Source: Tubulanus polymorphus
Taxonomy: Eukaryota; Animalia; Nemertea
Direction: 5' to 3'
NCBI RefSeq assembly: GCF_964204645.1
Contig: NC_134032.1
Span: 16,418,275-16,482,274, forward strand
DNA length: 64,000 bases
The notes below the pieces were generated by a model that was not told the DNA's origin, ran no database searches, and was given only the letters and a program-made list of their open reading frames with translations. The position numbers and the translations under genes were made by a program. Shown here one piece after another: positions 1 through 10,610 of the stretch (its first letter is position 1; each line of letters starts with the position of its first letter).

Positions 1-410
1 TTGCCCGATTAAGCTCTACCGCTGAGCCAAAGGGAATATTTCAACTAGCTGAGCTAGTAGCAATGCTGTTATCATACACCCTGCCACATTTGGACGACTA
101 GGTTATCATTATCACTTGTCCCCCGGGCTAGGGCAATTTATGTCACAAAGCTTTTTCCCACTCCATACAACGGATGGGGCAAGCGAAATTTCAGATATGC
201 TTTCATTCCTTAGATCAGACCCTAATAACGGAGAATCATTAGTTCGAAAACGTTTCCTTGAGTTAGTAGTTTATTCAACATTATGATTGCAGAGGAGGGG
301 GGGGGTCACAGGGGAAGAGGTGGGGGAGGGTCACATGGGGAGAGGGTCACAGGGGGAGAGGGAATTATTTGGGGAGATGTAGTTTTATAACGGTTTTCTA
401 TATTGTACAG

Positions 411-1307
411 GATGATGAAGTTGATAGTGGTACTATGGTTAAGAATGAAGATGCAGGTACAATGGTACCGTCTGCAGCTGATAGCGGTTCGACAGGTGCA
501 TCGCTCGTACAGATGCATGATGACAGTACACTATTAAGCGGTGGTAATGCTAACACGATGGTTGAACTGGACTCTGAACTCGGAACCATGGTTATTAACG
601 ATACTGATGACGAGGATGATGAATCTACGATGAAACGTATGTTAATTTAATAATTAGCCACCAGGGGGTGCAGCGTTATAGTGTCCGAACCAACCACCAG
701 GGGGTGCAGTGTAATAGTGTACTAATCAGCCACCAGGGGGTGCTGTGTAATAGTGTACTAACCAACCACCAGGGGGTGCAGCGTAATAGTGTACTAATCA
801 GCCACCAGGGGGTGCAGCGTAATAGTGTGTTAACCAGCCACCAGGTGGTGCAGCGTAATAGTGTACTAACCAGCCACCAGGGGGTGCAGCGTTATAGTGT
901 ACGAACCAACCACCAGGGGGTGCAGCGTAATAGTGTACTAACCAGCCACCAGGGGGTGCAGCGTTATAGTGTACGAACCAACCACCAGGGGGTGCAGCGT
1001 TATAGTGTACGAACCAACCACCAGGGGGTGCAGCGTAATAGTGTACTAACCAGCCACCAGGGGGTGCAGCGTTATACCGACGAACCAACCACCAGGGGGT
1101 GCAGCGTAATGGTGTACTAACCAGCCACCAGGGGGCAAGCGTTATAGTGTACGAACCACCCACCAGGGGTACAGCGTAATAGTGCTAGTAATTATATAGT
1201 TGTGTTGTGTTGAAGGTCACGATACGAATGAAATGCCGATCAGTAGTAAATATCGCCCAGCCTACCTCGATCACTTTGAGAAAAAAGAGAAAGAAGTTCA
1301 ACAATTA

Positions 1308-1341
<34 letters not shown>

Positions 1342-2398
1342 TACCGGATGAATCAGGTGATTGTATACCAGCACCAGCTGCACCTGCAAACTCAGCTGCT
1401 GTACCAGTCATTAATACTACACCTACTCATAGTCCAGCAGCAGCGCCACCTAGTAGACAACAACAGCATTTCCAACGATCATTTATAGACGGTGAATTCG
1501 ACTTTGATTATGTGAGTATATCTTAGCATATTCCTTCCTCACCTCCCCTCTCACCCCGACTCCCTACCTCTCCACCCCCTGACATCCCCTCTCACCCTTA
1601 CTCCCCTCCTATCACCCCTCTCACCCACTCTCCCCTCTCACCCTTACTCCCCTCCTATCCCCTCTCCTCCCCTCCTATCCCCTCTCCTCCCCTCTCACCC
1701 CACTCTCCACTCCCCTCACCTCCACTCTCACCCTTACTCCCCTCCTATTACCCCTCTCACCCACTCTCCCCTCTCACCCTTACTCCCCTCCTATCCCCTC
1801 TCCTCCCCTCCTATCCCCTCTCCTCCCCTCTCACCCCACTCTCCACTCCCCTCACCTCCACTCTCACCCTTACTCCCCTCCTATTACCCCTCTCACCCAC
1901 TCTCCCCTTTCACCCTTACTCCCCTCCTATCCCCTCTCCTCCCCTCCTATCCCCTCTCCTCCCCTCTCACCCCACTCTCCACTCCCCTCACCTCCACTCT
2001 CACCCTTACTCCCCTCCTATTACCCCTCCTCCCCTCTCACCTCACTCACTCCCCTCTCACCCACTCCCCTCACATCCCCTCTCACCCCACTCCCCTCACC
2101 TCTCACCTCACTCCCCTCTCACCCACTCCTCCCCTCTCACCCTTACTCCCTTCTCACCCCTCTCACTCCCCTCCCCTCTCACTCCCCTCTAACCCGCCGG
2201 GATTGTATGTATTTAAAATAGATGTTGTATTTATTACAGTTAAAGAGTTTATCGTATGATGAACTTCAGATACAGATCGCTTCATTAGATCCAGAAATGG
2301 AACGTGAAATAGAACAATTACGTCAGAGATATCAGGCTAAACGTCAACCAATTCTAGACGCAATCGACGTCAAGAAAAAAAGACAACAGAATTTCTAG
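411..2398 (+). CDS. STK3: Serine/threonine kinase 3/4 (Hippo/MST1/2), last three coding exons incl. SARAH domain; 5' part lies outside the window
   Basis: Exons 411-636, 1216-1511, 2240-2398 join in frame at GT-AG sites. Translation has MST-type linker motifs (DSGTMV, ELDSELGTMVIN, TMKR, RPAYLDHF) and ends DGEFDFDYLKSLSYDELQIQIASLDPEMEREIEQLRQRYQAKRQPILDAIDVKKKRQQNF*, the MST1/2 SARAH tail. Confidence 0.96.
657..1185. repeat. 36-bp intronic minisatellite (~14 copies) carrying a CTCF-like motif
   Basis: Unit CCACCAGGGGGTGCAGCGTAATAGTGTACTAACCAG; 12-aa periodicity in ORF 668-1120. Confidence 0.93.
1535..2190. repeat. C/T-rich low-complexity tandem repeat in STK3 intron
   Basis: Repeating CTCCCCTCTCACCC(TTA/CA)CTCCCCTCCTAT blocks. 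Confidence 0.9.
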
Positions 2399-2669
2399 TC
2401 AAATAACGCCACCTTGTGCTTCCCGCTTGAACTAAAGACACTCCGCAGTTTACAATCTGTTCACCAGGCTCTTCAACAGTTCTGTCTGGTTCCGGGTCCA
2501 TGAGTTCTGGGCCCGTGAGTTTTGAGCCCGTGAGTTCTGGGCTCATGAGTTCAAGGCCCATGAGTTCTGGGCTTGTGAGTTCTGGGCCCCTGTGTTTGTT
2601 GTGTTGTTGGCTTTTCAGTGTTGAAAGAATATATGTAATGCTACAAAGTACAGTCACACACTACAGCAT

Positions 2670-3931
2670 GTATCCACTCCTAGAGAGGTATCCACTCCTA
2701 GAGAGGTATCAACTCCTAGAGAGGTATCAACTCCTAGAGAGGTATCAACTCCTAGAGAGGTATCCACTCCTAGAGAGGTATCAACTCCTAGAGAGGTATC
2801 AACTCCTAGAGAGGTATCAACTCCTAGAGAGGTATCAATCCCTAGAGAGGTATCAACTCCTAGAGAGGTATCAACTCCTAGAGAGGTATCAACTCCTAGA
2901 GAGGTATCAACCCCTAGAGAGGTATCAACTCTTAGAGAGGTATCAACTCCTAGAGAGGTATCAACTCCAGACAGGTATCAACTCCTAGAGAGGTACATTG
3001 TATCAACTCCTAGAGAGGTATCAACTCCTAGAGAGGTATCCACTCCTAGAGAGGTATCAACCCCTAGAGAGGTATCAACTCCTAGAGAGGTATCAACTCC
3101 TAGAGAGGTATCAACTCCTAGAGAGGTATCAACTCCTAGAGAGGTATCAACTCCTAGAGAGGTATCAACTCCTAGAGAGGTATCAACCCCTAGAGAGGTA
3201 TCAACTCCTAGAGAGGTATCAACTCCTAGAGAGGTATCCACTCCTAGAGAGGTATCAACCCCTAAAGAGGTATCAACTCCTAGAGAGGTATCAACTCCTA
3301 GAGAGGTATCAACTCCTAGAGAGGTATCAACTCCTAGAGAGGTATCAACTCCTAGAGAGGTATCAACTCCTAGAGAGGTATCAACTCCTAGAGAGGTATC
3401 CACTCCTAGAGAGGTATCAACTCCTAGAGAGGTATCAACTCCTAGAGAGGTATCAACTCCTAGAGAGGTATCAACTCCTAGAGAGGTATCAACTCCTAGA
3501 GAGGTATCAACTCCTAGAGAGGTATCAACTCCGAGAGAGGTATCAACCCCTAGAGAGGTATCAACTCCTAGAGAGGTATCAACTCCTAGAGCGGTATCAA
3601 CTCCTAGAGAGGTATCAACTCCTAGAGAGGTATCAACTCCTAGAGAGGTATCAACTCCTAGAGAGGTATCCACTCCTAGAGAGGTATCAACTCCTAGAGA
3701 GGTATCCACTCCTAGAGAGGTATCCACTCCTAGAGAGGTATCAACTCCTAGAGAGGTATCAACTCCTAGAGAGGTATCCACTCCTAGAGAGGTATCAACT
3801 CCTAGAGAGGTATCAACTCCTAGAGAGGTATCAACTCCTAGAGAGGTATCAACTCCTAGAGAGGTATCAACTCCTAGAGAGGTATCAACTCCTAGAGAGG
3901 TATCAACTCCTAGAGAGGTACATTGTATCAA
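2670..3931. repeat. 18-bp minisatellite (~70 copies) downstream of STK3 stop
   Basis: Unit TATCAACTCCTAGAGAGG; produces the spurious LERYQL/GVDTSL ORFs. Confidence 0.97.
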
Positions 3932-4293
3932 CTTTATTTTACCCGAGAAACATTGTATTAACTGAACTCATGTAAGAATGAAAATACATTATTATACAGT
4001 GTATAAATGATATAATTATAATTAATATTCATTATAATTGTAATGGTGCTACATTGTGCTACACTGCAGCTACTACGCTAGAGTTACATGTATTAAGACT
4101 GTAGGAGTTGAATAGTGTTTGTGGAGAGTGCTCCCTCTCCCCTCCCCCTCCCCTCCCTCTCCCCTCCCCCTCCCCTCCCTCTCCCCTCCCCAGAATGGCT
4201 GCTAAATGTTTGAACTGCTTTCAATGGGTTTAATGCAAAAAATAGAAATATCCAAAACCTGTTTCGAGGCTTCTTAATGGTAACCTTCATCAG

Positions 4294-4477
4294 CACCAGA
4301 AGGGTGATAGCTCCTCCCTACAGGACAGTCTGACTGACAGAGTGGGTCACAGTACCAGAAGGGTGATAGCTCCTCCCTACAGGACAGTCTGTCTGACAGA
4401 GTGGGTCACAGTACCAGAAGGGTGATAGCTCCTCCCTACAAGACAGTCTGACTGACAGAGTGGGTCACAGTACCAGA
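4294..4477. repeat. ~59-bp direct repeat x3
   Basis: ACCAGAAGGGTGATAGCTCCTCCCTACAGGACAGTCTGACTGACAGAGTGGGTCACAGT repeated three times. Confidence 0.9.
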
Positions 4478-4629
4478 CTATATTCAATGCACTACATTTA
4501 TTGAAAACTTGATCCATATCATGAACGTACTTAGAACTGAGGGATGGGTGTTGTATGGAGGGTCGTAGAGGCTTTAATTGTGTCATAGTTAATTAATGGT
4601 ATCCATTCACCCTGCTAAACATAAATTGC

Positions 4630-4874
4630 CCTTTCTCTCTCAACCTCTTCCTCTCACCCCTCTCTCTCCTCTCAGCCGCCTCCTCTCTCACCCCTCTCCT
4701 CTCAGCCCCCTCCTCTCTCACCCCTCTCCTCTCAGCCGCCTCCTCTCTCACCCCTCTCTCTCCTCTCAGCCGCCTCCTCTCTCACCCCTCTCTCCTCTCA
4801 GCCGCCTCCTCTCTCACCCCTTTCTCCTCTCAGCCGCCTCCTCTCTCACCCCTCTCTCTCCTCTCAGCCGCCTC

Positions 4875-4905
<31 letters not shown>
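4630..4905. repeat. C/T-rich tandem repeat and (CT)n
   Basis: CTCAGCCGCCTCCTCTCTCACCCCTCT units followed by (CT)n. Confidence 0.85.
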
Positions 4906-5082
4906 GTGTTGATAGTGGAATCTTGCCCTGCGTTCAGACAATTGTATAAAAGACTGGAATTCACTGTGTTCCACTCATCCACCATATCAAAAACAAACAA
5001 CATCAAATCTCATTCTGTTATTGATTTTATTCACGCAGAATTTATTCATTTTCAGCACAATTTGTAAATATAATATATATGT

Positions 5083-5136
<54 letters not shown>

Positions 5137-5207
5137 GCTGCTAAACTTGTATATAATCTTTCAATTATAAATAAAGTGAATTTTCTACCCGTGAAGAGAA
5201 GAATTAT

Positions 5208-8200
5208 TTACATTTTAGTTCCCGGTTTTAAAGCGGCAAAGATTCGAGTCAATCTTAAAGTCGACGCAATTTCATTCAATGAATTCTGAATATAGGAATC
5301 TTTCTCAGTTTTTTTAGTTTCGAAGATGACCACCAGGGTGATACGTGTTTCAATACGCGTCATGTAATACGTCTTTAACATTTTCTGAAGGAGAGAAAAA
5401 CAAAAAAACTATCAGTAGACTATGACAGGACTGGACCCAGTTCCACAGTTGTGAGTTAAGACTTAACTTTCAGTTAACTCTTTGAAAATGAACTAACTTT
5501 AACTCAGGGTTAACTCTAACTCACGACTGTGGAACTGGATCCAGAGTTCAGGGTTAACTCTAACTCACGACTGTGGAACTGGATCCAGAGTTCAGAGTTA
5601 ACTCTAACTCACAACTGTGGAACTGGATCCTGAGTTCACAGTTATCTCTAACTCACAACTGTGAAACTGGATCATGAGTTCAGGGTTAACTCTAACTCAC
5701 AATTACTGTGGAACTGGATCATGAGTTCAGGGTTAACTCTAACTCACAACTGTGGAACTGGATCCAGATTGATATTCTCTGAGGCAGCAAAGTGAATTCT
5801 GAGGTAGTTGTAGAGACAATGGCTGATTGAAGAACATTGGAAGATATCATATAAAACCCCTCAGGATCAGCCTCTGTCTGACAGAAGGGAGAATAAGTGG
5901 CTGTCCGACAGAAGGGAGAATGAGTTGCTGTCCGACAGAAGGGAGGATCAGCTGTAGGTTAACAGTTGGTTAACCAGTGGATAGTTGACATAGCGACAAT
6001 TAAAACTTTATTGTTATTCTGTGAATTACGCACCTTATCAAAGAAGTAAACAATTTTATCAAATTGAGTGCGGTCAGTTAGTTTATCATTAATCATCATG
6101 ACTACATTGGGCCAGTGATCACTGGGTCGATCCTACAATAAACAATCAGTTCATTGATTCAAACAAATAGAAGTTTTATCGGATTAAACCACGGTTTAAC
6201 GCTTACTCCGGGACATGAGAATATAGTCGGGAATAATTCTAACCCTTTCGGCGGGTCGCAGTATTTAGAGGGATGGGCGTATCCGGATCCGTGATATAGA
6301 TCCTCGATACCGTGAACATCAAACACTAGAGATACATTGAACGCATCGGTCTTCTTCTGAAACGTTGTCAGTCTGTAAATAAATAACTCAAACTGGTCAG
6401 TGAGGGGAGGTGAGTGACAGCGGGGAATGAGGGGAGGGGAGTGACAGCGGGGAGGGGAGGTGAGTGACAGCGGGGAGTGAGGGGAGGTGAGTGACAGCGG
6501 GGAGGGGAGGTGAGCGACAGCGGGGAGTGAGGGGAGGTGAGTGACAGCGGGGAGTGAGGGGAGGGGAGTGACAGCGGGGAGTGAGGGAGGGGAGGGGAGT
6601 GAGTGGAGTGACATCAGGGGAGTGAGGGGAGGATATATGACTGTGGGGAGTGAGGTGAGTGACAGCGGGAGTGAGGGGAGGTGAGTGACATCAGGGGAGT
6701 GAGTGACATCAGGGGAGTGAGGGGAGGTGAGTGACATCAGGGGAGGGAGGGAAGGATGTATGACTGTGGGGAGGGGGAGGGAGGGATATGTGACTTACTT
6801 GGAATGGAAATCGATAGAAGACTTTGACATCACTGATTTCACCTCAGTTATCGGCGCTTGTTTACTCAATATTTCAAAGAAGTATAAACTGAACTACAAG
6901 ACAAAACAATTACAGACATGAGATTCAGAGATTCAGTTCAGTGTCTCCTCCGGGTTCAGTGTCTCCTCCGGGTTCAGTGTCTCCTCCGGGTTCAGTGTCT
7001 CCTCCGGGTTCAGTGTCTCCTCCGGGTTCAGTGTCTCCTCCGGGTTCAGTGTCTCCTCCGGGTTCAGTGTCTCCTCCGGGTTCAGTGTCTCCTCCGGGTT
7101 CAGTGTCTCCTCCGGGTTCAGTGTCTCCTCCGGGTTCAGTGTCTCCTCCGGGTTCAGTGTCTCCTCCGGGTTCAGTGTCTCCTCCGGGTTCAGTGTCTCC
7201 TCCGGGTTCAGTGTCTCCTCCGGGTTCAGTGTCTCCTCCGGGTTCAGTGTCTCCTCCGGGTTCAGTGTCTCCTCCGGGTTCAGGATAAATATGTTACGTA
7301 CCTTGGCGACGAGAACTGATTTCAGTTTCATCATCCACTGATAAAGAGCTGGTGCTGCTGGAATTTTACTACCAAACGATAATTTACGGTTCTTAAAAAC
7401 AGAAAAACAATAATTAGAAAAAGTAATCAACTCGCGGCCGCGCCCCCTAGTGGCATTAAAACAAACCTCTTTATTAGGGTCTACATAACCCCAGGCGTTT
7501 AGTTTAACGTGAGCCTCTTGTAGATGAAACAATGACGGTAAGAACTGCCATAAACTCATCTGTATTTGAGCTTGTAATAATTGACTGATTATATCACATT
7601 CCAAACTGAAAAACAACAACAATTCATTCTAAAAACTCAACCTCAAATTTCAATTATTTCGACGACTTTTCATGTTTCTATTTTTACCCGAACGCAGCTT
7701 TAAGCGGTGCTAATATCGGATGATGAAAGTTTTTCTGCGTAGATTGAATGATTTCAGTAATTACAGCGAGACCGTCTTCAAACACGATCTGTTTCATTCC
7801 TGACATCGTCTCCATCTGTTCATAACTTCATAACACGTTAAGGTTCCGTCTGTGACCATGACACCCCCTCAAACTCCAACTCCCCTTCTCCAACTCCTCC
7901 CCCTCCTCCCTAATACTGTTACCAAAGGATACAAATCAATCATTTTTAATCTAGCGGTTACAAAGTGACCGAGTTGGCCACACAGATGAGACAGTAATTT
8001 CTCGATGGGAGGAATCGGATCGGTGAGATTCAGACGGCTGTGTTGATCTTCAATCTTTCTCAATTCACTGAGTAAAATTTGAAACGATGATCGCAAATTC
8101 TACAAAATAGAAATATCAAACACGATTAGTTCCTCCCTCAGTATCCACTCACAGCTAAGAGTGATCCACTCACAGCGGGGAGAGTGATCCACTCACGAGA

Positions 8201-8832
8201 GTGATCCACTCACAGCGGGGAGAGTGATCCACTCACAACAAGGAGAGTGATCCACTGACAGCGGGGAGAGTGATCCACTCACAGCGGGGAGAGTGATCCA
8301 CTCACGAGAGTGATCCACTCACAGCGGGGAGAGTGATCCACTCACAGCGGGGAGAGTGATCCACTCACGGCGGGGAGAGTGATCCACTCACAGTGGGGAA
8401 GAGTGATCCACTCACGGCGGGGACAGTGATCCACTCACGGCGGGGACAGTGATCCACTCACCGCGGGGAGAGTGATCCACTCACAACTCTTACCTCCTTT
8501 CTACCAAACCATTTCAATCCGAGGTAAACTAATGATGTGTACATTTTCTCAGCGAGGCTGAAATGTGATAATGAGTTTAACATGACCCCCCATGAAGAGC
8601 CGAAGTTTGCTTTATGTGAATCACGTTCTCTTTCCTACAATTAGAATAAACAGAAAACTATTTGAAAACCTTCCTCCTCCTCAGAGCCCTCCTCACACTT
8701 GACTCAAACACTTACAACTTTATCTTTAGCTTTATCATACATAAAACAACTGATTAAATTGAAGAATTCTTCCAGTACACTCTGTTCTACACATATAGTA
8801 TTATCAGCACCAGAAGCAGCAGCTGTCGCCAT
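5208..8832 (-). CDS. KICS2: KICSTOR subunit 2 (C12orf66 orthologue)
   Basis: Exons (minus) 8832-8716, 8634-8494, 8099-7933, 7825-7688, 7605-7467, 7391-7302, 6893-6799, 6372-6207, 6132-6034, 5384-5208. Motifs VEQSVLEEFF..YDKAKD, LLSHLCGQLGHFVTAR, FHHPILAPL, WQFLPSL, LYQWMMKLKSVLVAKFSLYF, HWPNVVMM, IFETKKTEKDS, FAALKPG match C12orf66. Confidence 0.95.
5433..5770. mobile_element. Short MITE-like element (5433-5542) followed by tandem copies of its right end
   Basis: Terminal inverted repeat GGACCCAGTTCCACAGTTGTGAGTTA / TAACTCACGACTGTGGAACTGGATCC; the ~48-bp right-end unit is then repeated ~5x. Confidence 0.7.
6398..6795. repeat. G/A-rich tandem repeat in KICS2 intron
   Basis: GAGTGACAGCGGGGAGTGAGGGGAGGT-like units. 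Confidence 0.88.
6935..7283. repeat. 18-bp perfect minisatellite (~19 copies) in KICS2 intron
   Basis: Unit GGGTTCAGTGTCTCCTCC. Confidence 0.96.
7826..7932 (-). other. U12-type (minor spliceosome) GT-AG intron in KICS2
   Basis: 5' site GTATCCTTT, branch site CCTTAAC ~11 nt before the AG, no polypyrimidine tract. Removal restores the conserved D-F-Y-E sequence. Confidence 0.9.
8140..8486. repeat. ~23-bp minisatellite in KICS2 intron, carrying GTGAGT on the sense strand
   Basis: Unit GAGAGTGATCCACTCACAGCGGG (sense strand CCCGCTGTGAGTGGATCACTCTC). Confidence 0.92.
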
Positions 8833-9779
8833 CGTTGCAGCAGCAGCAGCAGCAGCCAGGCAGCAGGACCGCGCACCAGTCAGTCAGTCAGTCTCTCTCA
8901 ACCTCAGCCGCAGAGTGGTGGCAGCAGGAGAGAGGGGAGTTAGAGAATGCTAGAGCCGCAGGGTTCGGGTCAGAAAAATTTAAAAAATACAAGACAGTAA
9001 TCAATCTCTCTCCTCTTGTAGCGAGAGAAACTTCAATAAATTTAAATTTACGTGTTATTTACTTTTCGTATCGGGCAACGACCTTGGGTGAAGCGCCGGT
9101 GATGACTATATCGCGGAGTACGGCCTCGGAGTAGAGAACGATGGATCCCGGACACGGACGACGGACCAGGAAGCGCACCCACCCATCCTCGCTTGCCAGG
9201 GGTCCAGTATCACTCCCGAACTCGCTTCCACCAGCCCCTTGGCCTCACGAAGCGTGATTTCATTACTGGCGCTGTTGCGCAAGACGTCATATATCGATTC
9301 GCGAAATACTTCCTTGTTCGGTAAAACGTTCGCTGATTGGTCCATTTAACGGGAAAACAAACAGAAGTCTACTGTCGGTTTGTTACAAGCGCTGTGATTG
9401 GTACGACCGGATTCTGGTCGGCTAGTAACGACTCTAACGACTCGTGAGGTCGAGGGGTTCGGCGAACAGCTTTAGCGTAGTGGGTTCGAATCCCTTGACG
9501 GGTGAAGATGCACCCGCCGAGAATGCCGGATCCAAATTCTTGACTCGAATTAATTTTGTCTCAACCGCGAGATCTGTAAAAAAGGATCATAATATTGATA
9601 CAGAAAATTGAATATTCCAAATGATTCATGATCAAAAGAGAGATTGTTGATCAAACTTCAATTTAGCTTGTGAATTGCGTCGCCGGGGACCGATCTCGGC
9701 CCTACTGCCGATTGGTATTAAACTCCCCATCTCAGCCGCGGGTCGCTGGCTCGCAATGCGACCAACGGCCTCATCACCC

Positions 9780-9985
9780 ACACACCTGACAGGCCAATCC
9801 ACAAACTCAGTGGGCCCCGGTCAGTCACCAAGTGCCAACCAGTTATCACACCAGACAAACTCCCGACTACAATCGCTATTGCTCTATGGTCTAGTGGTTA
9901 ACTTGCTCGACTGGCACGCTTGAGGTGTCGGGTTCGAGACTAGTTAGGGTTAGGGTTACTAGATATGACCTAGGGTTAGGGTTGG
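9780..9985 (+). mobile_element. tRNA-related interspersed repeat with (TTAGGG)n tail, copy 1
   Basis: A-box-like TGGTCTAGTGG, CTGGCAC loop, B-box-like GGTTCGAGAC, then TTAGGGTTAGGG. Homologous to 17330-17450 (-) and 57845-58010 (+). Confidence 0.65.
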
Positions 9986-10610
9986 TCAATCAAACTGGTG
10001 ACACTGCCGCATTTTTGCACATTTTAGTTCTCTGCAAGAAGTCTTTTTTACGGATCTGAAACCCTTCTGCGTAAGTTCGACTGATCTATAGTCATTGTTT
10101 ACCAACAATAAGGGAAGTATATAAAAATGCGGCACCAGCAGTGAGGAACAGTCACAAATAAAAAATCAGAAAACTCCAAAACGAAACTACGTTTCTGTGC
10201 CATTTTTCCACGGACTGCCGGAACCGACACGGATACGACAGCTCGCCAGCTGAGTGTCGTGGCTGAATGTATGTCAAGTTGAATCGTTAAAAAAAACAAA
10301 CGAATGACGCCCAGCAGCACTGCATAAGCTCACATTAAAATAACAGCAAGCGTTTGATTGTAAAAGGCTATAGTGTGTTCCATCTACGAGCAATTATCTA
10401 ACAAGGCTCGTAGGTTCTATTCAATATAACGGTAAGAAGCTCACTGTAGTTATCGCGACAACTGGTGATTATTCAATGGTTTATCTGGATTTAAGTTCAG
10501 ACAGTCAACGATTGGTTTTCACAGTATAAAGGAACCACTCGCGTTGTTCTCTATACCAGACAAGCTCCAAACCACAGCAAATCGAGGTCGTAACTCTACT
10601 CTGGGTAGCT

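Noticed and set aside
1-90. tRNA gene or LTR on the minus strand (TGGCTCAGCGGTAGAGC)
   Set aside because: Truncated by the window edge; only an A-box-like segment is visible, so it cannot be classified.
2500-3975. LERYQL / GVDTSL repeat proteins
   Set aside because: Translations of an 18-bp array downstream of the STK3 stop, with no splice or domain support.
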